DNA of 64,000 nt. Source: Moniliella sp. 'wahieum' (taxonomy: Eukaryota). How positions within the stretch are numbered: the stretch's first letter is position 1; each line of letters opens with the position of its first letter. The notes under the pieces are model-generated. The model worked only from the letters and a program-made list of their open reading frames with translations, did not search any database and had not been told where the DNA came from. This document shows, piece after piece, positions 1 to 13,141 of the stretch. A program made the position numbers and the translations under genes. The stretch lies in contig RSEE01000033.1 of NCBI GenBank assembly GCA_003971905.1, forward strand, positions 372,001-436,000, written 5' to 3'.

Positions 1-884
1 GTAGTCAACACAGCATCCGCAACCGGTACGTTTGGCCTCTCGTTCTCAGGCTAGGTTTTCGATGATCGATACACCTGGTATCCAACCAAATTCGCAGTTT
101 CCACTGTAGGGCACGCAAGCCGCCCTTCGGGGTGGGGGCAATAGTGCTCCTCGTGGTCAAGAGGACTCGTGCTTTTTTGGCATGTCGGTGGTGTCCATCC
201 CCTCTGGCCTCCGGGTGCGGGGTGGGAGCGTGTACGAACCCAGTTATGCGTTTCCAGCGGCCCACTGAAGCGGTTCGTTTGCATTGGTCCGAGTTGAAGC
301 CTGCCTTGCCCAGTGACGGCCCACAGACCTTCCTTGGAAGTCTGAGATTTCCCAGCCTGCCCCGATGTCGCGTCTACCGAATAGTGTAGCGTTCTGACTG
401 ACCTTCATGCCGCGCAGATTGGGCTTCTCAACCTCCACTCGTTCACTGACCTAGGGCGCCACTCTAGTAAGTTTCTTCTCTATGATTACGGTACTGATCC
501 ATCGCCCACTGCATCTAGTGCTTTCCAACATATGCTTGCCTGTGTGACTTGAGATAATTGCTCAACATGAAATAGCTTGTATCCAAGCCTTCTCCACCCC
601 ATAGAGCCGACATCGGATGGCATGACGAGGATCCCCAGCGCACGCGAACCGAAAATCTGCGCGTGCGTGTGTACAAAAGCGAATGCGTTGAAGCAAGGTC
701 TCTGTCACACCCAAGTCACACTAATCACTAGCGGCTTAAAGCTTAAAGCTAGCCAGTTGGGGCGTCTGACGTAATACATTTGGCAGTCTCGCGATGCAGG
801 TCGCCAACTCGTGAGATCAGGGATGCGGCGGTTTTTCAGAGACGCGTTGCATCCACCACCCCTTTTGCTCTCTCGAGCAGTCCG

Positions 885-1411
885 ATGCCAACACAACGTC
901 GGCGCCCAAATCCTCTCCATTGGCTGTATACAACAGCGGTGGTGCTGGTCCTCTCCTTTGTATCTCCCGTTTTTTCCGCCGCGTGCTCAGGCACCTACAC
1001 GGTTCAAGACAACGACACGTGCAACTCGATTGGGTACCAGACTTACACATCAACGTACCAGCTCATTGCGCTCAACATCGAGAACACTGGAGCAAGCTGC
1101 GAACAGCTGGAGACTGGCATGGTAGGTTGCCTCCCTTTCCATCACTTCCTTCCAGCGAATGCTCATATTGACCCGCTTTTCGGCGACGCAGGTGTTGTGT
1201 CTGGGTGTTTGGGTCCGACTGCCAGGTGGTGCATCAAGTCGGTGAGGACGAAACATGCACCTCGATCGCCGCCGATTTTGGCACTACTCCGGGCTTGATT
1301 GAAGCGAACAATCCAACGATGGGAGGTTGCACCAACATGTACCCCGGCCTCATGGTCTGCGTGGCACCGGGCCTTATGCACCCGCCCCCTCCGGCTGAGT
1401 TGGGACTTTAA
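885..1411 (+). CDS. Secreted-type protein with two LysM domains
   Basis: ATG 885, then a hydrophobic segment (AVVLVLSFVSPVFSA), LysM1 (CSGTYTVQDNDTCNSIG...QLIALN) and LysM2 (CQVVHQVGEDETCTSIAADFGTTPGLIEANNP...CTNMYPGLMVCV). Intron 1122-1191 (GTAGGT..TTGAC..CAG). One apparent indel after the intron. Confidence 0.85.
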
Positions 1412-2895
1412 CCCCTGGGATCGCCCCTCGTTTTTGTCCCTATTCTTCAGGCTTTCCTTTCTTAGAGGCTGGTCCTCGACACTCTCTGGCCTTGATCTCC
1501 TACCCCGTGGTGCTTGATACCCTTTTATTGGCCCAACCAAATGCACCTCCCTTTCGGTTGGCTCAGCCGCCTCGGCTCTGCCAAGTCGATGGATAGGATA
1601 CGCTTCATGTCAGAGGGTTACAGCCGATAACATTTTGCATAGTCGGTCCAGACCGACACGTCCAATATCCAGAAGGATGGGTCAAATGCCCTGTCCCTAT
1701 CCAGACACAAGACGAAGCAGTTGGGCGGCCAAGACGAGCACGCAGCTCTAAACACGGGTAATGAATGATGAAATACTCTCAGACCCCACGCGCCACCACC
1801 TGTTCGGAAGCTGAGAGAACCAAAGGCGGTGAGAGCCCTTGGACCCGAGTGTGTCGTTTTCCATCTCAACGTTCAACCCGGTCGGAAGATTAAACCAGTT
1901 ACTAATGGGGAGGCCCCCGACGCCGGTCGGTCCCACATATCTTGAACCCCCCCCCCCCCCCCCAATCTGTGACACAAGCATGGTCCTGCTGTCGCCACTA
2001 GCTTGTTCCTGGCCAGATTGTTAGCGCAAGGCAACAAAGGCACTGGGACTAGGAAGATACCGACACGTAAGAGGCTATAGTGCAGTTCCTAGTTCTCCAC
2101 ACCACCCGCCTTTTGGCCAATGAAGGAAATGTGTTATTGGACACTCCGGTTATGTACGGACGCTGAGCTCCACATGTCGTAGACATCTCATCCAAACACG
2201 CGTCAGCCGCGTTAAACTAGCGAGAGAGAGCCAACGGACACCTTATCCAAGCTACGAATATCATCCGCGGCCCGCCATGGTCACATGGTTCCAACATTTC
2301 CATTCCTCTCTCACCTTCCCACCTTCTACCACCTTTACGAATCTACGACTCACGTCAGTTACATAGCCACGGTTACTCTCAGGAGCGCTTGGGATGTTCG
2401 TTAGACTCCGTCTGATTCCGCCTATTACGCGTCGTCGAGTGCTACACATGCGGACCCAACTAGGCCCAGCAAGGTGCAAGAAGGCTATGTGAAATTGTGG
2501 AGCTTGAAAGGGCTGAAAGGGCCCCTTAGGCCTAAGCCCTAAGCCTTAGGCCTGGTAGGTAGCCATTTACGTCACGAAGACCAGAGGTTCAGCTCTTGCA
2601 GGAGCAGGCTCTCAGATTTCAGAGCGCTGAGGCTCAGCGGCTCAGCGCGCCCTCCAGCTCTGGGCCCCCAGTGCCTCAGTGCCTCGGTACTTCAGCGCAC
2701 CCAGTAGTAGGGTTACCCCCCGATCTCTCGTCCATCGCACGAGGCTCTAATGCGCTGACGTATCTGTTTGCGCACAGACGGTCTGTCGCAGATGTCAGCT
2801 CCCCAGCAATACAAGGCACCTCGTGTCCTGCTCCGGTCTATTCCACCCCTGCCTCCATCTTCGCACTTCGACGCCCTTTCGCCACCGACACCACA

Positions 2896-3552
2896 ATGAG
2901 CAAAACCGCCTTGATTTTTCTTGCTGACGGCTCGGAGGAGATTGAGTTCACCACCACTACGATGTGCTGGGTAGGTAAACATCTTGTGTGCAGCCCGAGA
3001 CTGTCTGTTGACCACGCTCATGTGTCCAGTCCGCGCTGGCATCACTGTCACGTCCGTTTATGTGGGAAAGTCGGGGATGGATGGCAGACTAACAAGCCGG
3101 CGTATGCCACCTGCTCCCGCGGGGTCAAGATTGTTCCGGACCTCTACCTGACCGACCTCCAAGGTGCACACAAGAGCCTGGCGTACGATGCGTACATTGT
3201 GCCGGGCGGGATGCCTGGAGCACACGCTAGCCACCAACTCGGACGTGACGGCGTTGCTAAAGGCAGCCTATGGTCAGGGTAAGGTGGTCGCCTTTATCTG
3301 CGCCGGTCCTCTAGCCGCCAAGGCAGCGGGCATCACGGACAAGGCACTCACCTCCCCCCCTCGGTCAAATCCCAGTTGCAAGATGCTTTTACATACTCGG
3401 AAGAGCGGGTGGTCAAGTCCGACAACCTCATCACTTCGCGGGGACCCGGTACCACATTCGAGTTCGCCTTGACTATTGCTGAAGCTCTCGTTGGCAAGGA
3501 AAAGCGCCAGGAGATCCAACCGCCGATGCTGCTCCCACCGAGCCTGATTTGA
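2896..3552 (+). CDS. DJ-1/PfpI family protein (glyoxalase III/deglycase-like)
   Basis: MSKTALIFLADGSEEIEF, YDAYIVPGGMPGA, VAFICAGP (nucleophile Cys), LITSRGPGTTFEFAL. Intron 2971-3029. Several frameshifts. Confidence 0.9.
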
Positions 3553-3875
3553 TTGGTCGTTTGCACTAAATCCTTACGCACCTCCATCGGCATTCATGAT
3601 TCTACCCTTCTTGTCTTGGCTTCCAACTCACATCGAAGTAGGCGAAGTGAGACATGTGCTTTGCTACATTACGCAGGAGAGAACAATGTAAGGTTACGAG
3701 TCAACTCGCATACGTGCAGAGGAAAACGGGTCACTGTAGGGATATGGGCTTCGGGTGTTAGCCGTCATGACGGGAAATCGAAAAATCGCCACTGTACAGA
3801 CGGAGGCCAGAAGGCTGATCAAAAACATGATGCGTGACAACGTTGAAAATGTTGGCAGTGGGGGAGTCCACTGGG

Positions 3876-4635
3876 TTAGGGCTGGTGGTCGTTTCGGTCA
3901 ATTACCTCCGGATCCTCATCCACTTCTGCTAGCTCCAAACTAACGGAAGCGCCGCGCACATTTTCCAACGATGCCGCAGGAGCAGCAGATGCCCCGGCAT
4001 GGTTTCGCCTGGGCGATTCGCCCGACTCCCTTCCTCTCCGCTGAGTAGGGGTGTCTCGAGATCGAGAGTGGGAAAGGGTTCGGAAAAACTGGTCGGACAT
4101 GAGGTTAGTTACGTTCGCTCATCGGAGGTTTAGATTACAGCGTACCGAGCCAACGTGACCCTCACGACGGCCGCGCTCTTGACTGCTGGTGCGGGTGCGG
4201 GAACGGGACCGGTCCAAGGACCCTTCGTGGTGAATGTTGCCACGTCCACCGCGACCCGTTGGGGCATAGTGGGGCTCAACCAGTTCTTGTCTACGGTACT
4301 CTTCTTGAAGCTCTTGGTCCCGTTGCTCTTCTATCGCAATCCTAGCGCGCTCACTTGGGTCACGCGAGGGGGAACGAACGTTGCCAGCACCCCCGCGACC
4401 GGAAGAGACGGCGACAGGAGAAGTGTCTGCCGCTTTCTGGTACGCTGCAATTTCCTCTGCATTTGGTCCTGGTCGGCCACGGGAAGGTGAGCGTACCATC
4501 TGCCATGGTCAAAGAGACATGTTAGCCGCATGGGCGAGAAGCCAGAGTGAGGAACAGGGTACGCACATTGCCCGCACCACCGCGGCCAGTGGTGACACGG
4601 GGAAAGCGGCCCACACGCCCGCGGGGCTCCTCCAT
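3876..4635 (-). CDS. Par32/DUF3602-like protein with GRGGAGN repeats
   Basis: Three motifs: TTGRGGAGN, SSGRGGAGNV, TGRGGRGNI. Introns 4500-4566 (GTGCGT..GCTAAC..CAG) and 4089-4145 (GTACGC..CTAAC..CAG) join the exons in frame. Confidence 0.75.
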
Positions 4636-5962
4636 ACTGTGGTGATCGTGTGCAAGGGCGATGCCAAATACCATCGCGGACGGAGGCGACTATTAGAAGA
4701 TGGAGATGGGGTTCGACAGTGACTGAAAGTCAGGGTGAGGTGTTGGTGTATGTGGCGATGGTGAGGGTAAAAATGTTGAGCGGATGAGAAATTCACCTCT
4801 ACTTAGCCAAACAGGAGGACGGAAATGCGGGGGCGGGTGGTGTTGGTACAAGATGATACTGGCTCTGCGCCTCCACAGGAGAAAGTGGGTTTAACGTTTA
4901 CTTGTCAGGCCGTAGACTCATTACGCGTTACGCGTTACGCCTTGGACTGGAATTGGTGGGCCGAAGAACACTGCCCCCCCTCTCGGTACTCTATTTCTCC
5001 TATTTCTCCGAGCGGAGCCGTGGCCAGGCATGGGGCAGCAGCAAGACTTGCGGTACCTGTCCCGCAATTATAGGGGCTGGCTCCATGCCTTTGGAGAGCG
5101 GCAACGACTGTCGACGTCTCCGTCTTCCGTTATGGCGTCATCCACATCGAAAGCTACCACCAGCTCTCTCAACCCCTTGTGTCCCCTTTCGGGTATTCCA
5201 ATCCACATCCATATGGAATGTTCCCCGCAATTCGGGGAAAGAGAAGATTGATAAAGGCTGTTCTGACGTTGCCGTCTGTGGGGGATTCTGTCATCATTGG
5301 AACGACGTTGATGAAGTGAGGGATCCTCAGGCTCTCATACCGAACCCACCAAAAAGCCAACCAATCCTTCCCAATTGCAGTTCGGTTAGTTTTCTTACCA
5401 GCAATGACCGCGCGGCAATCGTCATTCGGCCTCTGACCTGATTTGCCCCTCTGTGGAAGAGTTTGATATAACCGAACCCATCCACACATACTTCTAATCC
5501 CTCTAAACTTTGGTTGATGGCCTGGGTTCTGCTAAAGGAGGAGAATGGAGGATGTGGTTCCGAGGAGAAATACAGGAGGTTATGAGAAGGGTAGAGGCTC
5601 ATATAGCCGGAGTCCCGGGGAGGGGAGGAAGCGTCCGGGCGGATAAGAGGGGTGATGTCTATCACGCAGGATGGCACGATTCGGGCATGGCCTAACCGGT
5701 TCTACGGTCCAAACAGATCGAGCATGACGATCCCAATGAATTTTTTGAAGACACCGTTTAGCCACAGCTGGAGACGTCTCCGAGATGAAGGTGAGGGTAG
5801 GATGGAACACTGGGATGCATGCGGAAGTGTGGGAGAGGCCAGGACCTCAGCAGGAGGGTACTGCCTTAGAAGACAGATCGGTCCAAACTCCTGGCCATGC
5901 AGGATATGAGAACGAAAAATCCTCCCGCCTGGACCTCGAAGAGGACAAGTGGAGTCGACATC

Positions 5963-6417
5963 TTAAGCGACAAGGGTGGACGCGGTGGCCGATTCGTACT
6001 TGAAGGTCGGGGAACGGCACCCTTGGCCTTGTAGTAGCGCGTAAGGCGGTGAATGCGCGACTCGATGAGAATCAGGCGGAATTTGGAGTCCATGTCCTTG
6101 CGGTTGCGCTCGAGGTGCTTGCGCACCGACACGGCCTTCTTGATGAGGTGGTACAGGTCCTCGGGAATCTGAGGTGCCAAACCCTCCGACTTGAGGATAC
6201 GGAGGATCTTGTTACCAGTCACAAAGCGCACCTGGGCAATGCCCTGCGAGTCACGCAGCTGCACACCCAATCTGCGAGGCGTCAGGCCCTTGCGCGCCAG
6301 CTTGAAAATTTGGTTGGCGACCTCCTCCGGAGTGGCCTTGAGCCACGAGGGGGGCGAGCGCCTGTAGGGCAGCGCCGAGGACGAGATGCCCTTACCCTTT
6401 CCATACATACGACCCAT
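5963..6417 (-). CDS. RPS13: 40S ribosomal protein S13 (uS15)
   Basis: [20 protein letters not shown]...[22 protein letters not shown] frameshift near the 3' end restores [13 protein letters not shown]. 5'UTR intron 6423-6511. Confidence 0.97.
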
Positions 6418-6511
6418 CTTGGCTGCAGCGTCCCCGAAAAATTCAAGTGTGTCAGTCACTCTCACTCCTTTCCGCAACGCGAACGCTGGCGCAGTCAACA
6501 ACGGGACCTAC

Positions 6512-6837
6512 CAAATCAATTGACGAGCGTCGGCGAGAGGGGTTGGCTGGGAGACGTGGCTGGGCTGACCACCGCTCCCGAAGACAGCGAGCAACAGATC
6601 CTCAATCAGAGGAGCAGGAAGCTTGCTGCGGCAGAAGTACGCCCAGGGTTTTATTAGGGTTACAAATTCAACACAACCGTTTGCGAGGCCCCAGTGAATT
6701 TTGTTAGTAGGGTTGCTGTTACACTCGCGCTGTGGCGGTTCTTCAGGCCGCCTCCGCCTGCTGGGTTGCCAGCCTGTCGGTTGCCGTGTTCCCCCTGCTC
6801 CCACCAAGCTCCATCGACTCGCTCACTGAGGTTTAAG
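6512..6837. promoter_or_regulatory. Bidirectional promoter of RPS13/RPS6 with AGGGTT (telobox-like) motifs
   Basis: Short interval between divergent ribosomal protein genes; CAGGGTTTT, TTAGGGTTAC (~6644-6663) and TAGGGTTGC (6708-6716). Confidence 0.6.
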
Positions 6838-6921
6838 GTGTGTGGCCCCCCTTCGTCCTGGTGCTATTCCACTCCCTTCAGATGCTGATTTGCGTTTACT
6901 TCGTATTCAGATTGGCCTACG

Positions 6922-7653
6922 ATGAAGCTCAACTTTGCCAACCCTGCCACCGGGGCTCAGAAGAGCTTCGAGATTGACGATGACCGCAAGACGCGCATCT
7001 TTTGGGAGAAGCGCATGGGTCAGGACGTTGAGATCGACGTGCTTGGCGACGAGTTCAAGGGCTACGTTGTCCGCATTGGTGGTGGTAACGACAAGCAAGG
7101 ATTCCCCATGAAGCAGGGTGTGCTTGTTCCTCACCGTGTGCGCCTGCTGCTGTCGGAGGGCCACTCGTGCTACCGCCAGCGCCGCACCGGTGAGCGCCGG
7201 CGCAAGTCGGTCCGCGGTTGCATTGTTGCTGCTGACATTGCCGCTCTCCACCTGATCATCGTCAAGCAGGGTGAGCAGGAAATCCCCGGCCTGACGGACG
7301 AGGCCAGCATCGTGCCCAAGCGTCTGGGTCCCAAGCGTGCGAACCACATTCGCAAGTTCTTCAACCTGACCAAGGAGGACGACGTGCGCCAATATGTGAT
7401 CCGCCGCGAGGTTGTTCCCAAGACTGAGGGCAAGAAGCCCTACACCAAGGCCCCCAAGATCCAGCGTCTCATCACGCCTGTGCGTCTGCAGCACAAGCGC
7501 CACCTGTTTGCGCTCAAGGTGCGCAAGCAGCGTGAGCAGGCGGCGCAGAAGGCCGAATACGAGAAGCTGCTTGCTTCGCGCAGCGCGGAGAAGGCCGCTG
7601 CTCACCACGCGCACCGTGTGGCTGTCGCTGCGGCCAAGGCCCAGACGGCCTAA
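6922..7653 (+). CDS. RPS6: 40S ribosomal protein S6 (eS6)
   Basis: Intact 243-aa [17 protein letters not shown]...[14 protein letters not shown]...[15 protein letters not shown]...[11 protein letters not shown]. Probable 5'UTR intron 6838-6910. Confidence 0.98.
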   Translation: MKLNFANPATGAQKSFEIDDDRKTRIFWEKRMGQDVEIDVLGDEFKGYVVRIGGGNDKQGFPMKQGVLVPHRVRLLLSEGHSCYRQRRTGERRRKSVRGCIVAADIAALHLIIVKQGEQEIPGLTDEASIVPKRLGPKRANHIRKFFNLTKEDDVRQYVIRREVVPKTEGKKPYTKAPKIQRLITPVRLQHKRHLFALKVRKQREQAAQKAEYEKLLASRSAEKAAAHHAHRVAVAAAKAQTA

Positions 7654-9074
7654 GCTTCTCGGCTTTACCTCGCACTGACATGGGGACCGCGGAATCTTCC
7701 GTTCCGTCGAACATATGTTGTCCATCGTTTATGACTTCCCTTTCTCGCTTGCACTGCTTCCCCACCCGTGCTTTTTGAGGAAGCTCATCCCGGGGGGCTA
7801 TACTAGATCAAGGAGCCTAAAGACTAACACGAGTCTTCTCTGAACCTTGGACTGTTCCTCTTGTCTCGCACCAAAACCATGGGCACTATGTCATGCTCTC
7901 CCTCCATCGCCTTAATCCTAAGGTTCCTTGTAGCGTCATAACTTTTGTTTGTTCATTGAGGCGGTAGTGGACATAAAAATGAGCGAGGTGACGTAGACAT
8001 TTACGACCACTGCAGAAGTGCAGAAGACTAGTATGCGATGTACGAGACTTACACACGACAGCTCTGATGGTACTTATGTGAAGCGATGATTGTCATAGGA
8101 TTGCGCTGGCAACTCTAGTCGTCGGGAGGTGAGGAATCGGTTTAATCAAGCAATACGCGTTTTTGGCATCGATAGTATCGTGTCTGGCATATGTGCCCGC
8201 AATCATCGGGTCATGGACAATGGTCCGCAGCCAACAGCGCCTCTGAGGGGACGGAGATGCATTTCAAGGAGAGTTGCTGAGATCAAAGCAATGGCTGTCA
8301 AATGCTGAAGCTGGCATTTGACCTGACCCCACCCGATAGAAGCTTCTCTCCCTTGCAGAACTACAGCGAGAGACTTCTCAAACATCTCCACCTTGTATAA
8401 TTGGTCCCATCTTGTCTGCCGTGCGCCAACGATGAAGAAGTGAGTTAACCGAGGGGGGAAACCAAATGGACAGTCGTCATGGGTCGGCATACGCCTCATT
8501 GGTTGCGAGGAGTAATTGGGCAGCGTTTTGGCACTGACACCACTTGATGTTGTGGATCTTCTTCCAGTCTGAATTTCACTCGGGTCGGTGAGGATGCGGA
8601 ATGGGGTACAACTTGCATTCCATGCTGTCACTTATACGAACCCATACCAGTAGGCATGTCCTGGGTTTGAGGGTGCAGAGAATGAACACAGCCAACGCGA
8701 GGCAACACGAACAAACCGGCATGGCCACCACTTGGTGCCAGTGGCTCGGTAGCGTTTTGCCCGTGAATAGGAGGATCCTCAATCGAGAGGGGATCACGGA
8801 CTCTCAGTGAGATACGTCACGTGACCGGTGACCCACCCCGATTCCGCTCATTCGCATCGCAGTTCCGCCCCCGGGGGCTTACACATACATGTGAGAAGTA
8901 GAATGCATTGGTGAGAAGGTCTGGGCGGTGCTTCGCTTGATGTGCCAGCCATCGGCCATGCTACACGGCCGGGGTTACTTCTGCCTGCCACGGGACGCGC
9001 GCTGCGCCCCTTATTCCCAACCCCTTGCGCCCCCGCCTCAGCGACGGCGCTTCGGGTTGGATTGGGCTGTCGCT

Positions 9075-10147
9075 ATGCGCCGCTACCACCACCAATTCTT
9101 GCGCGCGCGTTGCATGCTGTACCCCCCGCTGCGATGCTGCGCGCCGTCCCTCCGAGTCGTCCTCGCCCGTTTCCCAGCCCACACAGTCCAAGCCAAGCTT
9201 CCTTCACTCGTTCAAGTCAATTTGCATCTTTTACTTCCGCGGCCTGAAGCAGATTGCCTGGAACAGGCAAACAGCCTCCATGCTCCGCCGAGCCGCACGC
9301 TCGCCGCAACTGCCACATTACCAGCTCACTCGCCAGGACTGGCGTCTGATCCGGCTTAGCCGGATGGACATGCTCAAAATCCCACACATGCTCTTTTTCA
9401 TCATTGTTCTGGAGGAGCTCCTTCCCGTACTCGTCCTGTTCTTCCCCAGCGCCATCCCCTCGCCCTGCCATGTGCCTGCCCAAATTGCAGGCTCGCGAGC
9501 AGCAGGAGGTCAAGTTGGCCCAGGCTCATCATCTCCTGACTGAGACCCCGTTGGCGGTAAACGAAGAAGGCGAGTTGGAAGACTGGCAAGTTCTCCAGCT
9601 TGCCAACCTTTTTGATTTGCCCACATGGGGAGGGCAGAAACGCATCATGGCCCGTCTCGTGGCACATCACAAATTCATCGACGAGGATGACGTTGCCTTG
9701 ATCGCATCCGCCATTGAACGGCCTCAGGTTGTCCCCGAGGAGTTGAAGCGACGGATTGCCGCTCACCCCTCGTCCGAGGCCCGCGCCTTAGCGCTGGGTA
9801 ACAATGTTCCCACTACTGGGGTAGAGCTCGCGCGTGCTTGCCGCCAACGTGGCCTGCGCTCTCTCGGTCTTCCCGATGAGGAACTGCGGAAGGGACTTGA
9901 TGCGTGGCTTGAGCGGATGGGTCCCGCACCCTCTAACACGAGCGAGACGGAACAGGTGGTGGCTTTGGGCCAACGTGCTCTTTCCCTGTACAACCCCGAC
10001 GGGATCGAACAAGTGCAGGCACGAGTCGAAGAGCGCAAGCAACTCGGCTTTTTCAAGCGCACCAAAACCATCGTTCAAGGGATTGTCGATGCCGGTGCAC
10101 AGCCGCCGCCGCCGCCGCCAGGAACGGTGCCGCCCAAGCACGAATAA
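9075..10147 (+). CDS. LETM1-like mitochondrial membrane protein
   Basis: FYFRGLKQI...LTRQDWRLIRLSRMDMLKIP..FFIIVLEELLPVLVLFFPSAIPSPC, DEDDVALI, ELARACRQRGL. Start uncertain; frameshifts. Confidence 0.7.
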
Positions 10148-10616
10148 GTGTTGGTTTCGGGCTTCACTAGTCAATCTCGCTACTCCCCTTTCGGTACCCG
10201 CACCTCCCCCACCACCTTTTGCCTCCCTGAAAAACACATATTGCACCCTAATTGGACTGATCATCGACCATGGCAGACAATGCCCTGATGATTAAGGAGC
10301 ATAGGCTTCTCGCGCGTTTCCAGGTCCTATCGCTTGTATATCCCTTTCTAGCTTCGATACATGGCAACTGTAGAAAACCACCCCGGTCGCTAAAGACTAT
10401 CGATGACGGCAACCCAGTGCGAGCGAGGTATCGTTTTAGCATTGAAGTTGGTAGTTATCGAGGGCAGCGTCGGTGGGAAGACTGTGGGAGAGGGGGAGTG
10501 AGGCCCATGTAAGGCCCATATGGCCTGAGGCCTGAGGGGCCTCATCAGCCTGAGGAAGCAAGGGAGTACGGACGCATGCAAAGGATAGGGTAGGCTTAGC
10601 ACAGCAACGCGCTTTC

Positions 10617-11609
10617 TTACAGCGTCTCCTCCTCCGCCAACAAGCGCTCGGCCTCAAGCGCAGCCATGCAGCCCGAGCCAGCCGAGGTGATGGCCTGGCG
10701 GTAGACCTTGTCTTGCACATCACCAGCAGCAAAGACACCCTTTACCGAGGTCTGGGCTGTACCGGGCACCGTCTTGATGTAGCCATCCTCGTCCAAGTCC
10801 AGTTGGCCCTTGAAAAGCGAGGTGGCAGGGACGTGACCAATAGCGTAAAAGAGGCCGTTAGCATCGAGTTTCTTGATCTCATTCGTCTTGTTGTCCTTGA
10901 TGGTGAGGGACTGGAGCAGCTTGCCGTCGCCACACGCTTCGGTAGCCGAGCAGTTGAACATGACAGTGACCTTGGGGTGCTTGAGCAGCCGCTCCGCCAT
11001 GATCCGCGACGCACGCAGCTCATCACGCCGAACGAGGACATAGACGTGCGAACCGTACTTGGTCAGGTAGGTGGCCTCCTCGGCAGCCGAGTCACCACCG
11101 CCAATCACGACCAGGGGCTTGTTGCGGAAGATGGGAACAGCACCGTCGCACACAGCGCAAGCCGAGATACCGGATTGCCAGTAGGTCTCCTCCCCCGGCA
11201 AGTTCATCCGGCGTGCCGACGCACCCGTGGCAATAATGATCGAGTCGGCCGTCTCGTAGGCGTTGACGTCCTCCTCACTACCCTCGCGCCAGAGCTTGAA
11301 CGGCCTCTCGGACAGGTCAACTTTTGCGATCGTCTCCGTAATGATCTCGGTGCCAAAGCGCTCCGACTGCTCGCGCAACTTGTCCATCAGACCCGACCCA
11401 CCGATGCCATCGGGGAAGCCAGGGAAGTTCTCCACATCAGTGGTGGTGGTGAGCTGACCACCGGCAGCAAAGCCGTTGGCCAGGAAGCCCTCAAAGAGAG
11501 TCGGCTTGAGCTCGGCGCGAGCGAGGTAGATGGCGGCGGTATGGCCAGCAGGGCCAGAGCCAATGACAACAACCTTGTGGTGCGTGCGGGCAGTGGGGAC
11601 GGGAGCCAT
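10617..11609 (-). CDS. TRR1: Thioredoxin reductase (low-MW type)
   Basis: Intact 330-aa ORF with [21 protein letters not shown] (CxxC), GGGDSA and VFAAGDVQD. Confidence 0.98.
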   Translation of the reverse strand: MAPVPTARTHHKVVVIGSGPAGHTAAIYLARAELKPTLFEGFLANGFAAGGQLTTTTDVENFPGFPDGIGGSGLMDKLREQSERFGTEIITETIAKVDLSERPFKLWREGSEEDVNAYETADSIIIATGASARRMNLPGEETYWQSGISACAVCDGAVPIFRNKPLVVIGGGDSAAEEATYLTKYGSHVYVLVRRDELRASRIMAERLLKHPKVTVMFNCSATEACGDGKLLQSLTIKDNKTNEIKKLDANGLFYAIGHVPATSLFKGQLDLDEDGYIKTVPGTAQTSVKGVFAAGDVQDKVYRQAITSAGSGCMAALEAERLLAEEETL

Positions 11610-12295
11610 GATGAGAAGAAAGGGGAAAAAAGGAGAGGGAGGGGATGGAAGGTGAGGATGGTGGGACTCAAGCCAACCGAAAGGGCTGGCCTTTTAACAG
11701 GGCGAACGAGGCGGACGCCGATTCAGAAGCACTGGAGACGGTACTCACCACACTGACGCCGAGCGGCGCAGGAAGTGAAATGTTGTGTGCTGCCACGGGG
11801 CAGGTGCTTCTGGGGTCGGTGACCAGTGAGACCAGTGATCGGTGAAATTAAGGTAAAGCCCGGCAGGACACTGCCGCCGTGGCCTCTTTCGGCGATATCT
11901 TGGTCAGATGCCGACCAGTCAAACCCGCCTCCCTAGTCGGCCACGAGGCTGACCTGTGAATGCACCCCTGCCATGGGTTGAAGCTGAAGGAAGCTGAAGC
12001 TGAAGCTTGAAAACCGTCGCCATCTAATAGCCGCCGACGGCCGCTAGGGCGGATGGCCTCCCGCCGGTATCTGATGATCTTCTCGATCACCGATCATACC
12101 CGTGCCGCCCCCCGTCATGCATCACACATCGATAAATTCTGAGATCCAACTGACCTTGGTCGGGAGCGGAAATGGCCATTCAAAGTTTAAACGCTATTGC
12201 AATCGATAGCCATCATTGACTGCGGGAGGTGTCCTGGCTTGTCGTTTATTGTCGAACGAGCACCGAGACCGCCACCTCCAGAGCTTCTTTTCATC

Positions 12296-13141
12296 ATGCG
12301 CTACGGCGTCCTCATCTGCGGTCCTGCCGGCTCTGGCAAATCCACATTCAGTGCTGCTCTGATTGCAGCAGCTCAGCAAGCCGGCCGCGTGTTCACCTAT
12401 TCAATCTCGACCCTGCTGCCGAGCGGTTTGGGTACGAGCCTGCGGTCGACATTCGTGAGCTCATTAGCGTTGAGGATGTGATGGAGGAACTGGGTCTGGG
12501 CCCGAACGGCGCCCTGGTTGCCTGCCTCGAGTATGTCCTTTCCCATCCCTAACCACGATCAGTTGGCGCCGTTCGAGGACGATTACCTTCATCGACTGCC
12601 CCGGACAAATCGAGCTCGACTCCCACGCACCACTAGTCCCACGCTTGGCCGATCTACTACAGAACCAACTCGGATTCCGCCTTGCTGCAGCGTACCCCTC
12701 GAGGCCCAGTTCATGCGACACACCCAAGTATTTTGCTGGTGTGCTTGGCGCAGCTTCTGCTATGGTCCACCTCGGTCTCCCCCCGTCAACCTAATGAGCA
12801 AGATGGATTTAGTCAAACGTCCTGGTGCACAGAAGCGGACGCGTTCTGAGCTTGAACGCTATATGGATCCGGACCCTCTCCTTTTGGCCGACACTCCTGC
12901 GGGGCGCGCTGAAGGCCCGGAGGGAAACACCAAGTTTGCTGCGTTAAACCATGCCGTGGCGCAACTCGTGTCTGACTTCAGTTTGGTCTCCTTCCTTCCA
13001 CTTGACTCGACCGACGACGAGAACGTGACCGACATACTGTCCCACATTGACAATGCGCTGCAATATGGTGAAGATGAGGAACCGAAGGAACCCAAGGACC
13101 TGGACGAGGGCGACTACGATGCAATTGACGAGGACCTGTGA
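12296..13141 (+). CDS. GPN3: GPN-loop GTPase, GPN3-like
   Basis: [67 protein letters not shown]. Frameshifts. Confidence 0.88.

Noticed and set aside
8203..8797. Possible small minus-strand gene divergent from the LETM1-like gene
   Set aside because: Short ORFs with no recognisable domain or convincing splice model.
10713..11756. 347-aa ORF antisense to TRR1 (likewise 6049-6657, 6907-7725, 28348-30078, 29916-31466, 44049-45071)
   Set aside because: Shadow ORFs caused by strong GC3 codon bias of the real gene on the opposite strand.
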